DNA from: Sarea resinae | Lineage: Eukaryota | Assembly (NCBI GenBank): GCA_026026165.1 | Contig: JAPEUD010000034.1 | Span: 124,001 to 188,000, forward strand | Direction: 5' to 3' | Length of the DNA: 64,000 nucleotides | In this document: positions 12,771-23,850 of the stretch, piece by piece | Layout: every line of letters begins with the position of its first letter | Position numbering within the stretch: the stretch's first letter is position 1 | Notes under the pieces: model-generated | The model's database searches: none | What the model saw: the letters and a program-made list of their open reading frames with translations, nothing else | What the model was told of the DNA's origin: nothing | Translations under genes and position numbers: made by a program

Positions 12771-14300
12771 TTAACCATCAGCATCATCGGGGCGGTAGCC
12801 CTCATTGGCGCCGGATGGTGATACTCCACCATGCTCGTCGTCACCTCCCGTAGCAGCACTGCTATTCTTCTTATTTCTATCCAAATGCGGCTTATCTACC
12901 ACTGGGGAGCTCTTGGGCTTCTCCTTGGGCTTTTCCGGATCGCCGTCAGTCACATGACCTTCATCGCTTTCCAATCGACGTTCAATGATGCCTTGACGAT
13001 TAGACGCGAGCTTGGCCAATGTCTCATTGCCTACCGACGAACCAAGTTAGCAATGTCGATGAGAGATTGACAGTGATAGGGAGAGAGCTGCTCACCCAGA
13101 CAGCCAAGTGTGTTGAGAGGTAGCCCTGTTTCGTTGGCTTCAACTTGAGAAACCGCATGTAGGACAATTCGGCGAGCTACCTTCCCCTGGCCTTTCTCAT
13201 CCGACATCCCGAACAGGTGGGAGAATATCCTGGAGGGCATACCGCACGGCAATCCGGGCGTCTCGGACACGGCAGATTGATGCCAAAAGTCATCGGAGAA
13301 CGTTGACGAAGTGGATTTTTTCGCCCCATGGAGGCACGCTTAAATAAAGCAATGTAGTGAGTATTATCGACTACTTTGTCGACGAGGAACGCACTTTTAT
13401 CTCCACGAATGACATCTAATCTTCCATTGTCAACACGAACAGTTCCTCGAATGCCTCTTCTACGAACACCGATGCAGGAATCAGTCATGATCGCGCTGCG
13501 TTGTGCTGGCATCGGAGCTCCTGATGATGTTTCTGCCGACGATTGTGGGGAAACTGGGGATAGCGTTGATGCAATTCCGACCAACCAAGAGACTCCCTGG
13601 CCATCCAAGGCGTAAATGGTGATCCGTCAGTCCATCTGCACGAAAGATCTTTGGGCCTTCAGGCCGACAACAAATTGGTGGCGAGACAATCCATCGCTGT
13701 AAATAATAAAAGTGTAGCAAGTGTAAGAATAAGCACTCTTGTTCTAGACCAGCTGCAGGTTAAGCTGTTTAGCGTCAATCTCTAACAAATTTGCCAACTC
13801 TTTGCTTAAAGCTCCTTGACAGCTAATGTCAAATCCATAGGAGCCTCGTTTTGTGCTTGTGAGCCTAGCTAGTGGGACGACCAGAGGATCCCCTTTGTAC
13901 GCTGCACTTAATACCCTATATACGAAATTTTCAAACCTCTCGGCGTGCATTACTGTATGCGATGATATTAGATAGTCATCTTGAGTTTCCTGTCTAGCCC
14001 AAACGATGGGTAACACAAGTAGCAGGCTGGCTATTGTAATTAGGGGACGAAGCTGTCTTTTGCACATCGCATTCCAACCAGCGATGGGTCTATGCGATGG
14101 GTTATTAGTCATAAGACATTCGTCGAGAGATAAATTAGCAAGAGTATGCCACAACAAACTCATTTCTCGCGAACATATCGATCTGTGGAAAACGCGATAA
14201 GGCTTGTTGCGTCAAGCCCCAAAGGCTACTCTTTTCCTAAATGCTGTACCAAGTCGTATCTGCGTCAAGGTCAATTAGATCGGTGATTGGATATCCATGC
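12771..14300 (-). pseudogene. Disrupted gene of unknown function
   Basis: ORFs 13744..14163 and 13177..13608 share a frame and are separated only by TAG (13744) and one TGA. A frame-shifted acidic tail ORF follows at 12771..13019. Confidence 0.4.
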
Positions 14301-15079
14301 GTCCACCCGAAGGAAAAATGTGACTATAGTAATATAGGTTTATCTTTAACAGTCATCATATAAGCAAATAGATAATTCAAATCTAGCCTAGATTTTTATT
14401 ACTATTTGCTTATTGTTAATAGTGCTTATATACTGTAGATTCTTCTATAATATATGCTTCTATCATAGGTATGTCTGCAATCTATTAGTAGCTATCTTTA
14501 AGAATTGTAGAATTATTAGTATTCTATATTGCTCATGTTGCGGAGACTCTGCCAGGGGTTGTATCCAATATATAGATAAAGTATGAGACGAACGATGCCT
14601 GTGTCTTGACGCTTTCGTCTACAGTGAAGGCAATCGCTTCGGTGCATTCTTGTACGGCTAGATTGATTATCGTGCCGAAGGTTGGCTCAATGCTGAAATT
14701 CGTTGCGAAAGGTTGCTCCCGCTCAGGATAGGCGTCGATGAAACGCATTCTTAGTTGATCGGCAGCAGCTGCTTGTCACAGCTCGAGCACAGCAGGAATT
14801 GAGCGGCGTTTCGGTTGGCGATGAAGCGGCAGATCCCACGATGGGCGGATCGACAGATCTCGCACATGCGGGGGCTGTCGCCTCCTTGTACGAGGAGTGA
14901 GAGTAGCAAGATAACAATAACCACCAGCTGAGTCGGCGGTATGAGCAGCATCAGTAGCAGCGCTAGTCTAGTGCTCTTACCTGCCCAGTATCAGTAAGAT
15001 CAACAGCATTTCTGGCTGAGTTGTCTTTGTTGTTAGGAGGCTTATTTTTAGTTGATTCGCTGTTGACAGAAGAAGCTGC

Positions 15080-15495
15080 TTTATCCTCTGGGACAATTTA
15101 TCCTCGAAAACGATTATTGAAACGAGAGCGCCTTGAACTATTGACAACTTATGCACCGGCTGTTCAGAACATCGATGTAGTGGACACAGTAAGCGTCTTT
15201 ACTAGTCCCTGAGATTTTTTGCGCACTCTCTCCGGCTTCGAATACAATGTAGGATGAATCGGACATTGGATCACATGCTCCTAAGCCTTGCTGGAAGAGG
15301 AAAGCCTCGATAAGTTGTGGCAAGTCAATTCTAGACTAGAATCCGGCCCATTGCGCAGCTTGCCTCCATACGTCTGCACGCTCAGGAATTTAGCTATGGC
15401 CAAATGCGTATCAGTTCTGCTCGACTAGCTCGAGTATCGGGAATTGTTCATTCTTTATTCTAAGGCAGAGGTCTAGAGTAAAAGTTTCGTGCCTG
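15080..15495 (-). pseudogene. Fragment of a second, divergent SF1 (Upf1/Dna2-like) helicase copy
   Basis: Translates (with frameshifts) as LRIKNEQFPILELVEQN*..HLAIAKFLSVQTYGGKLRNG..LPQLIEAFL..AYCVHYIDV..RSRFNN, colinear with the 16.75-17.05 kb segment of the larger helicase relic. Confidence 0.65.
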
Positions 15496-15496
15496 A

Positions 15497-15568
15497 TTTC
15501 TAGTGAATAATTAGTAGTGAGTAATTTCCAGTGAAAAATTTCCAGTGAATAATTTCGCAATCGCTGTG
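15497..15568 (-). repeat. Four imperfect ~15-bp tandem units (TTCCAGTGAATAATT) ending in CGCAATCGCTG; possible DNA-transposon terminus
   Basis: tttctagtgaataatt agtagtgagtaatt tccagtgaaaaatt tccagtgaataatt tcgcaatcgctg; sits at the truncation point of the second helicase fragment. Confidence 0.5.
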
Positions 15569-15599
15569 CTCAATGTCCGTAATATGGCTATCCGCTGAG

Positions 15600-18500
15600 G
15601 CCTGCACGACACGAGCTTCAGGTCGTCTATCTTTAATCGCTACACTTAATCGCAGTAGATGTTACCATATTCAAGGCCGTTCTAGGTCGTCAACAGGAGT
15701 CTCAGGTCTAGCGACCTAGACTTCAGAAGAAGTAGGCACTTCATCACCATTGCTGTCCTCTTCTTCAGAGTCCTTAAGGTCTTTATCTGCATTAGCAGAC
15801 TTGAACATATTGATCGAATTGATCGGACGCTGCTCTTTTGATACAGGAGGCAACTTAATAATCGGCTTGGCTTGCTGATCATGACAGGCTGCTGATGTAG
15901 AGCTAGCAACTTAATGGTCAGTCTAATCTGCTCCTAAAAGAAGGCCTCTTTAAAGGTGGCGGCCTCTTTGATAGTCTGTTTGTTCACGATTGTTTCTTCG
16001 TCGATAGCAGGCTGCTAATGTAGAGCGGGCAACTTCCTAATTAGTTTAGTCTGCTTCTTAGATATAGCCTCTCTAGTAGTCACAGGCTCCCAGCCTCTTT
16101 AGTAGTCACAGCCTCTTTAGTAGTCGCAGCCTGTTTATTATTCGCAGCTTTATCAGCAATAGTGATCTCTTTGTCAAAGGCCAGCAAGTGACTATTGGTA
16201 GCCTAATCTCCCTCTGCAATAGGTAAAAAGTCCGTAGGCTCTGCCGCGAGCGCGTCTTCTGCAATGTCTTCTGTCTCCTTCGTCTCTTCAACCAAGATCC
16301 GTAATCTCACGGGTAGCAATGCCATCAAAGTCCGCAGCGAAGAATTTGAAAAATATTTGTCGCTGTTTGCAGTGCAGTGTGCATTGCACTTCTCTATAAT
16401 TGCGCCTCAACTCATCTTGGAGTTGCCAATGATCAGCATATTGTCTTGAGCCTCGGTGCACGCAACGTTCAGACAGTTCTCGTTATCAACGAATCCCTAC
16501 TCCTTCTTATTGTCACTGTCTGTAATCACCTGATCGAAGATGACTACAGGCGCTTCACTCCCTTAAAAAGCATCAAGTGTGTTAACACATGAGAAAACTG
16601 TTTCGACAGCTCCTAACTCTTTGGCTATCTCGTAGAATTGTTGGCCATAAAGGTTTGTTGTGCTTTGTACAGAGTGATAGTTTGGATATCGGATATATCG
16701 TATAAGGAATATACCTTCTGCGTGCGAATCTCAAGGAAATCAACCACCTAACACGCATTATTCTCATTAAAACGCGAGCGAGTTGTCTTGTTAACCTCGT
16801 AAAATCTGTTCTGAACGTCGACGTAGTGGGCCCAGTAAGCAGCTTCGTTAGATCTAGAGATTTTAAAGCGCTATTAAAGAAAAGCCTTTATAGCGTCTGG
16901 CAGTTCTCGAATGGAAATTAGACTATTGCACAGCTTGTCTTTGTAAGTCCACGAACTCGGAAACTTGGCGATGGCAGGATGCATGCGATTTTGTTCCAGC
17001 AGCTAGATTGTAGGGAAACGCTCCTTCTTCAGTCTTATAAATAGTGAACGCTGTAAAGTATTTATATGTTCGTTGAATCCTATGGCTTCACTCGCGGAAA
17101 GTACAGTAGGCTGCAGCTAATTCTTGTCGCCCGCCAGAATTAGGCCTTTAATACTGTCTTTCGCGCTAATCTTTATAATTAGGATCCATGCGTTGCTTTC
17201 TAGCTCCTTCGCGGTTTCGTCCTGTATGACAACGATGCCGGGCGCGATCAATCCAAAGACCAAACGGATATCTTCCCCTCCCATGTTATTGGCAGTGGAG
17301 ACAATGAGCCGAACATCTTTAATGACTTGTCGACGGAATCATTTGTACGCGTATGTGAAGTGCTTACGTTCTATGCGGTCCCACTCGTGCAGTCGAGTAG
17401 TTCTGAGCTTCTCAACAAAGGTGCGGAATTCTTGCCACATCTTAACCAGTGGACCTTCCTTCTTTCCTTCCTTGTCAGGCAGACAGGAGCACATAAGAAT
17501 ATGTCTTCGGCAACTTTTCTCTGGGCACGCTAAAGCGTTCTGCTGTGCAGAGACATGTTTGCAAGGCAGTAATTTCGGGTATAGAGTCTTGTCTTAATGG
17601 AGTTCGGGATCTCAAGCTCAAGAAGATTCACGTCCGGTTTGGGTGCCTTAAGTGCCTCAGGTGCCTTAGGTGCCTTAAGCTTATCTGCATTGTCAGCATC
17701 CTCAGTACGGTAGAGTGGCATCGGCAACGGCGACCGCCTTCTAAATATCCCAAAGCGAGCCAACTTTCGTATCATTTGACTTGATCACTATCTTGGCCTC
17801 CGCTCCGGTAGCCATTTCTGACCACCTTCTTAGGGTCATTTCCCTCCTGGGAAGCAAAGTTCCAATAGACTTTGGAACCTTGTAGATCTGCTGCCAAGGC
17901 CTGGCCGACTGAAAGCGGCGAATCTTCGTGGAATATCCTCCGTAGGTAGATCGCCTTGCCGCATCAGAGCCTGAGACTCGTTCTGAATTCTGTAAGCCCG
18001 AAGAGGCTCAGCACCGTTCGGATAACTAGCTGCGAAGGCTTCTGCGAGCGCATCTGAAGCAGCATGGCTAGAAGCATCAAGGATGACATGCAATCCGTAT
18101 CTGATGTGAAAATACGCCTCAGCTCAAACGGTAGCGGTCTTTCTAGTATCACCTAGCCCTGCGACTAGTTGTGCCCTGTAGCGTAGACGTCTGGCACCCT
18201 TGATTGCAGCATTCTGTTCTGCGTTCCACGGGCGGCTCTCAAGTATGCTCTTTTCATGTGTTCGTCGATCCTTAATTTGTCGTCTAGAACGTCGGTCAGA
18301 TTAATGATAGGAGCAGGCTCAGCGCGGAGATCCTGGTTGAGTAATACCGGCCACCAACGCTTGCTAAGTCGTTCAACAACATCGCAGGGCCTGGAGACCG
18401 CAGAGACTCGACGTTTCATGCCTGCGTCGTTCTGTTTAGATTGAAGCTCAAGATTAATATCAAAAAGAGGTTCTTTCTGAACTTGTATGCAGATTCCTTG

Positions 18501-19600
18501 GCACTGTCAGCGGAAGTTCAATCAGAACTAGCAAATATGCATGACTTACCTTTGAAATAGCCCGAATTTTCCCCCCATACCAAGCAAAAGAATGTTGCAT
18601 CCTTGACGGCAAATGAATTGTCAACCACTACTGCAGCATACTTGAAGATCTTTTCTTCATTCTGAACTTTGTATGTGAGTAGGAACTAAGTGTTCTTATG
18701 AATTGCGGCCCTAGTGTTTCCTCTCATTAGAATCTTGCTGAGCCTCACGCGGGCAATAACAGCAGAGTTGACAGCGATAAATGCTACCTTGTGCTCTCTC
18801 AGGTACAGCAGTGGCGCGCTCTAGCATCCACATGACTAGGAAATGGTCCACGCATAATAAATCGAGGATCTCTCACGCGGTAAGGGCTGCTGGTATTTTG
18901 TTTGAATAACTCGTACGCAACGCGCGCGGCATCTGGAAGCGACTCCGGTTCGAACTTCATGCAATCGGATACCTATGACATCTGTCATTTATCCGGTAGC
19001 TCTGGTGAAATAACCAACAGCTGCGATGGTTGGTTCATTGGCTGCTGAAGTGTAGAGAACGCCGTAATTGAGCTGAGATGTATTAGTAAACTATATCTGT
19101 ATCAAGTCCTACCAAAACTCAAACTTACCTTAGAGGTTCTTGTAAAGCGAAGAAAATGTTCGGAGGTTTTGTCTAGCCTTTCACTAAACGAGGCAAAGAA
19201 GTGAACCTCAATATCGGTCGCCTAGTCTTTGTTGGCAATAGCCATTAGTTGATCTCGTGTCTTCATTGCTCCCCATTTGGCTTGTGGCTCCCCTGTGTTC
19301 CATAAATACTGCCACCAAGGCACAGCTTGACCAGTAGAATTAGATACTTTCGGCAAAGAGTCTAGGACTTCTCGAATGGCAGCGTAGTAATCACCCTCGG
19401 CGTCAGCTTCCTTCGCCTTCGCTTTTCCTTTGCCTTTGCCTTCTCCTTTGCTTTGTTAAGCATTCAAGCCGACTTAACTCATTAAATAGTCTGTTGAAAT
19501 GTTTAGTGTTTAAATCGAAAGTGTGGAGCTGGAAAAAGAGCGTCCCCGAACTGATTTCTTTGTTTCGGCTATATATTTTTTTCCGTAAATTCATTGGTCC
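15600..19600 (-). pseudogene. Superfamily-1 helicase pseudogene (Upf1/Nam7/Dna2/Sen1-like AAA_11/AAA_12 core); outer limits approximate, core about 16400-18420
   Basis: Minus-strand motifs in order: degenerate Walker A GLGDTRKT (~18136-18159), Ia VILDASSHAASDAL, II IQDETAK, III LAGDKN*LQP (TAG 17117-17119), RSLFIRL, LLEQNRMHPAIAKFPS, V TLDAF*GSE (TAA 16563-16565), VI GFVDNENCLNVACTEA..LIIGN. Confidence 0.85.
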
Positions 19601-20439
19601 CTCAATAACCCTGAGATAGCGTCAGTCGACGTTTAGAGTAGTTTGGTCTCGAGAAGCTGCTTTGCTTGGTACCTTTTTGGCGTAGCAGAAAGCCCTGTAG
19701 GACGGACGCTTTGATGCCTTAGACAGTATCGGTTTGTCCACTGGTTCGATGGTCGAAAGGGTCCAGTCCGGCGGTCCTGCCTGTCACGATCCCGACCGGG
19801 CTAGGTATAAGAGACCGAAATCTGAATTGGATTTGTTACCATGCATGATGAACGAGAGGTTGTTTGAGGAAAAGAAGAAGCAAAGATAAAGGTGGTTCGA
19901 GCAGATATTTATACCTGCTGAGTTCTAGCGTCTAGAGGTGAATTGGCGTGAATAACATTGCACGATGGCAAGTGACTAACATTGCTGTGATAGAAAGGTG
20001 GCAAGTGCATGGGAAAGTTAACACGCGAGAAGAGCAGAGTTGTATTTCAGCCTATCAACTGTAATCCTCGGGGAGGTAGATGACTCAATACCATGGCTCC
20101 TAGATGACTTGAGTGAATATTCGCCGGCGGAAGACTTGGATGTTGGTAGTTGTTTGGCCGGCGGGGTGGCAACCTTACTTGCTACCAAGCAAGTGCCTGA
20201 ACTTCACGGAGAATCAAATTGCAATAATTGGTGTTCTACACGAACACAAGAGAATGACCTGCCCTTCCGAGTACGCCTTCTTTGGCCAGTTTGATTTCAT
20301 AGCAGGTTCCAAGTTCTTCCAGCCGTGTACTATCCCAAGGGGTACAGGCTCATCTGGAGCGAGTGAAGGCACTTAGAGCCCGCTAACGGAGACGGTAATC
20401 CAAATATGACGATCTTCTGAAGGCTAGCCTGCATTATAG

Positions 20440-20790
20440 ACTGTAGCTTCAGCATACGAATGAATGAGTGCAATGCGGTTACGAGCTTGAAATTGTGAAT
20501 GTGATACAATTGGTAAGACCACCGAGGTGGACAAGTGCTGCTAATCGTTGCCTTTGGACCACGATGGTCAAAACATGCGTATGTTCAAGGTGATAAAAGA
20601 GATCACGATCTTGAACGTTTGTGGTCTTGAGGGCGATGAAAATGATCAATCCACCGAGGTAGATGAGCGTCGCTAATAGTTGCCATTCGACCAACAGATA
20701 GCAGAGACGTAGATGCTTGGCTTTGACCGCAAGCTGGCCCAATAATCCAATAAAGAGGCTTCCATAATTACCCTTCGTGATCATCTAGCC
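20440..20790 (+). pseudogene. Small RIP-type mutated gene relic with an internal duplicated motif
   Basis: Frame reads TTEVDKCC*SLPLD...STEVDERR**LPFDQQIAET*MLGFDRKLAQ*; stops are TAA/TAG. The CCACCGAGGT...GCTAAT.GTTGCC block repeats about 132 bp apart. Confidence 0.35.
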
Positions 20791-20977
20791 CCATACAGAT
20801 ATGATGTTAGGGACATATCAGCCCAGCACTAATGCATTCCATGCTCATGGCACAAGTCTCTCCATTCGAGCTCTTGATAAGTATCCCTCGCCCTGCAGGG
20901 AATAGAGATGAGCTTTGAAAGGCCGTTCGATTGAGTTTGCTCCAGTAGCGACCTGGTTCAGTGACGGAAAGAACAGC

Positions 20978-21587
20978 TCATCGGTTGATGAATTCTGGCT
21001 TCTGTTCCATCGTCTGTGAAATAAACCCCCGCAATGCGGCCCATCGACTCGCCGTGGCTCCGCCTTCGGCTGCAGGAGCGCTCATGGCAGCGTCAGGAGC
21101 TGGTACTACAGCCTTGGTGTCCACCAGCTGTGCCATGTTCTTGCCGAACCGCTCCCTCTCCTGCTTCTCGAGCTTTTCTTTGCGCTTCATAGCGCCGGGC
21201 CTACTCTTCAAGCTCTTATGTCTGATCCTCGCGTCGCCGACGACGTGGCCGTCCCCATCTTCGGCTTCATGGTCTGGTAAAGCGTCGACCAAAGACTCGA
21301 GATCCGTGATCAGCTTTTTCGACGGCCGTCTCCGCTTCTTTGTCTTTCCGTTTCCTTTTTCGATCTTGGAGACAAAGGAAGAGTGCTTAATCGTGCGCTT
21401 GTCTTTCTTCGAGCTGCCGAAGCCGGTATCGACGGCGTTGAGAGACGGTCGTGGTTGGGGCAGGGCGCCGGAGCCCGAGCGAGCTGCGCGATCCCGGATC
21501 GAGGAGCGTTTTCCTTTGGTAGGCGCCTGCAAAGATATCAGCTCAAAGAATCTTTCGCAAGGAAAAGAGAGCGTAATGAGGTACCAT
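20978..21587 (-). CDS. SLX9: Ribosome biogenesis protein Slx9/FAM207 family
   Basis: SKKDKRTIKHSSFVSKI, KRRRPSKKL, LESLVDALP, SLKSRPGAMKRKEKL..ERERFGKNM, RWAALRGFISQTME. Probable ATG-only first coding exon (21585-21587) and intron 21527..21584. Confidence 0.85.
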
Positions 21588-21783
21588 GATTCTGTTCGTC
21601 TATGTGAAACTGTTCCGTCCAGCTGCTTGAGTCGTGAAGACTGACTTTCATATGGCGTCGGGTCTGTGCTTCGCGAATCTCTGGCGTCCCGTAGTCGGTG
21701 TAGATTTTCTTATCGATAAGAGCAGACCTCTCGATATGCCCCACCAGGCCTCACGAAAGGTGCACAATACTCTGGAGAGCAAA

Positions 21784-23388
21784 ATGGACCCGGCGAACAA
21801 GAGCGTTGATGTCTTGAGACAGCAGATAGCAGCCACGGAGCGAGACCTCAGCGCACTAAAGGAGGAGCTTGCGTGCGCCGAAGCCAACGCTGCTCGTAAT
21901 CGCGGGGATGACGCAGAAGAAGACCTGAAGACCCCTCACGAGGAGCACGAGAGACCATGGAGATGGCCCTTACGGGCAGAAGAATACCAAAGATACGGCC
22001 GCCAATTGATCCTCCCGGAAGTCGGTCTGCAAGGTCAGCGCCTCACTCACTCCTTTCTGCAGACCCAGCGCTAAAGTCATGTATCATGGCAGGCCAGCTA
22101 AAACTGAAGGCGTCGTCCGTACTGATCGTCGGAGTTGGGGGCCTTGGATGTCCTGCCGCCATGTATCTTGCCGGAGCTGGCGTGGGAAGACTCGGGCTGG
22201 TGGATGGCGATACGGTCGAGATTTCCAACCTGCATCGTCAGATTCTTCATAGCACGCCGAGGGTGGGGATGCGAAAGGTAGATAGTGCCATCACCGGCTT
22301 ACGAGCGTACGTCTCTGCTCTTGCAATGACCTCTTTCATTCCAATTGACTCGTCGCTCAAGTCTCAATCCAACTGTGCAATACGTTGCCCACCGAGAGCA
22401 CCTCACCCCCCAAACCGCCGTTGCCATCGTCTCCAAGTACGACGTGATCCTTGACTGCACCGACCATCCCACCTCGCGCTATCTCATCTCCGACGCGGCA
22501 GTGCTTTTGGGGAAACCCCTCGTGTCAGCATCCGCCCTTAAAGCGGAGGGCCAACTCATGGTTCTCAACACTCCGCCCACAGCCCCCGGTGAAAATCACG
22601 GAGGGCCTTGCTACCGTTGCGTCTTCCCCAAACCGCCACCTCCCGACAGCGTCCTCAGTTGCGGTGATGGCGGTATTCTCGGGCCCGTCGTAGGCACAAT
22701 GGGGGTGCTTCAAGCAATCGAAACTATCAAAATCCTCACCTGCAATACTCCCAACCCCTCGAACAACCCCTCCACAAACGCCTCCAGCCCGTCGCCTCCA
22801 ACGCTCCTGCTCTTCTCCGCCTACACATCCCCCCAGTTTCGTAGCGTCCGCCTCCGCTCTCGCAGACCGACATGCTTAGCCTGCGGGCCCCACGCAACCA
22901 TCACCGCGGAATCACTGACCTCGGGCTCTCTGGACTACATCCAATTCTGCGGCGTCGCCAACCCGGCCGCCTTACTCTCGGCCGACGAGCGGATCAGCGC
23001 GCGTGATTTTTCCCGAACAATCGAGCGGGCCGCGCACGACACCGAAGCAAACAAGCTTGTGCTTGTCGACGTGCGCGAGAAGGTCCAGTTCGACATCTGC
23101 CATCTCCCCGATAGCATCAACATCCCCTTCTCCCGTATCCAGGCCATGCAGACGGCCACCCAGAGCTCGTCCGCAGACGAGCCAGAGTCGCAGCAATTCC
23201 TCGCTCCCATCCTTGGCCCCCAGTTGCCCATCTACGTGGTCTGCCGTCTCGGCAACGACTCCCAGGTCGTCGTCAAGGTCCTGAAGGCCGCGGGACTCGA
23301 TGAGGGCGGGAAGCGGTATATTGGTGATATCCGCGGCGGCTTGAAGGCATGGAAGGAGGAGGTCGAGCCGGAGTGGCCTGAATATTGA
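21784..23388 (+). CDS. UBA4: Adenylyltransferase/sulfurtransferase Uba4/MOCS3 (ThiF/MoeB plus rhodanese)
   Basis: [44 protein letters not shown], rhodanese CRLGNDS. Introns 22034..22092 and 22307..22361. Confidence 0.95.
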
Positions 23389-23850
23389 GTCGGAGCTATG
23401 CATCTTATAGATGAGAAAGCCGTGTCGAAGTAGGATTTATCTGAATGAATCCAGCTCATATGATATCCCAAATCCTCGGTCTCCAACTGATTCAGCAGAT
23501 CAAAACAATATATACGAAGTGTTTAATGTCCTCGTAGTGAATTGCTAGTATATATTGATGTGGGATGATCTACTAGTCGTCGGTTCATGGCGCAGAATAG
23601 CGCAGAGAAATGTGCTCTACTGCAGAGTATACATAGATGGCCTAGCCAGCTCTTCCTTTTCCATCAAAACTGACAGAGAAGAGCCAAGCCCTCAAATCTA
23701 GAAATAGCAAGTGAAGGATGTTCTACACGCACACGGCCATTGACCGCGTGGGACATCTGACGCCAAAACAAGGAAAACAAGAACACCCAGAGGAACTCCC
23801 ACCAGAGCCAAGAACGCCGCTTGCAACGCCTCATCCTACAGCCGTCAATA

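Larger units (their letters stand above)
11400..20900. mobile_element. Decayed accessory island (RIP-type mutated pseudogenes and transposon-end-like repeats) between two blocks of intact genes; boundaries approximate
   Basis: No long intact ORF over about 9.5 kb; TpA-rich AT patches (about 12520-12680 and 14320-14530); gene relics with TAG/TAA at positions where Gln is expected. Confidence 0.6.

Noticed and set aside
17641..17680. 9-bp tandem repeat (GGTGCCTTA-like)
   Set aside because: Encodes a KAP-repeat linker inside the helicase relic; not an independent element.
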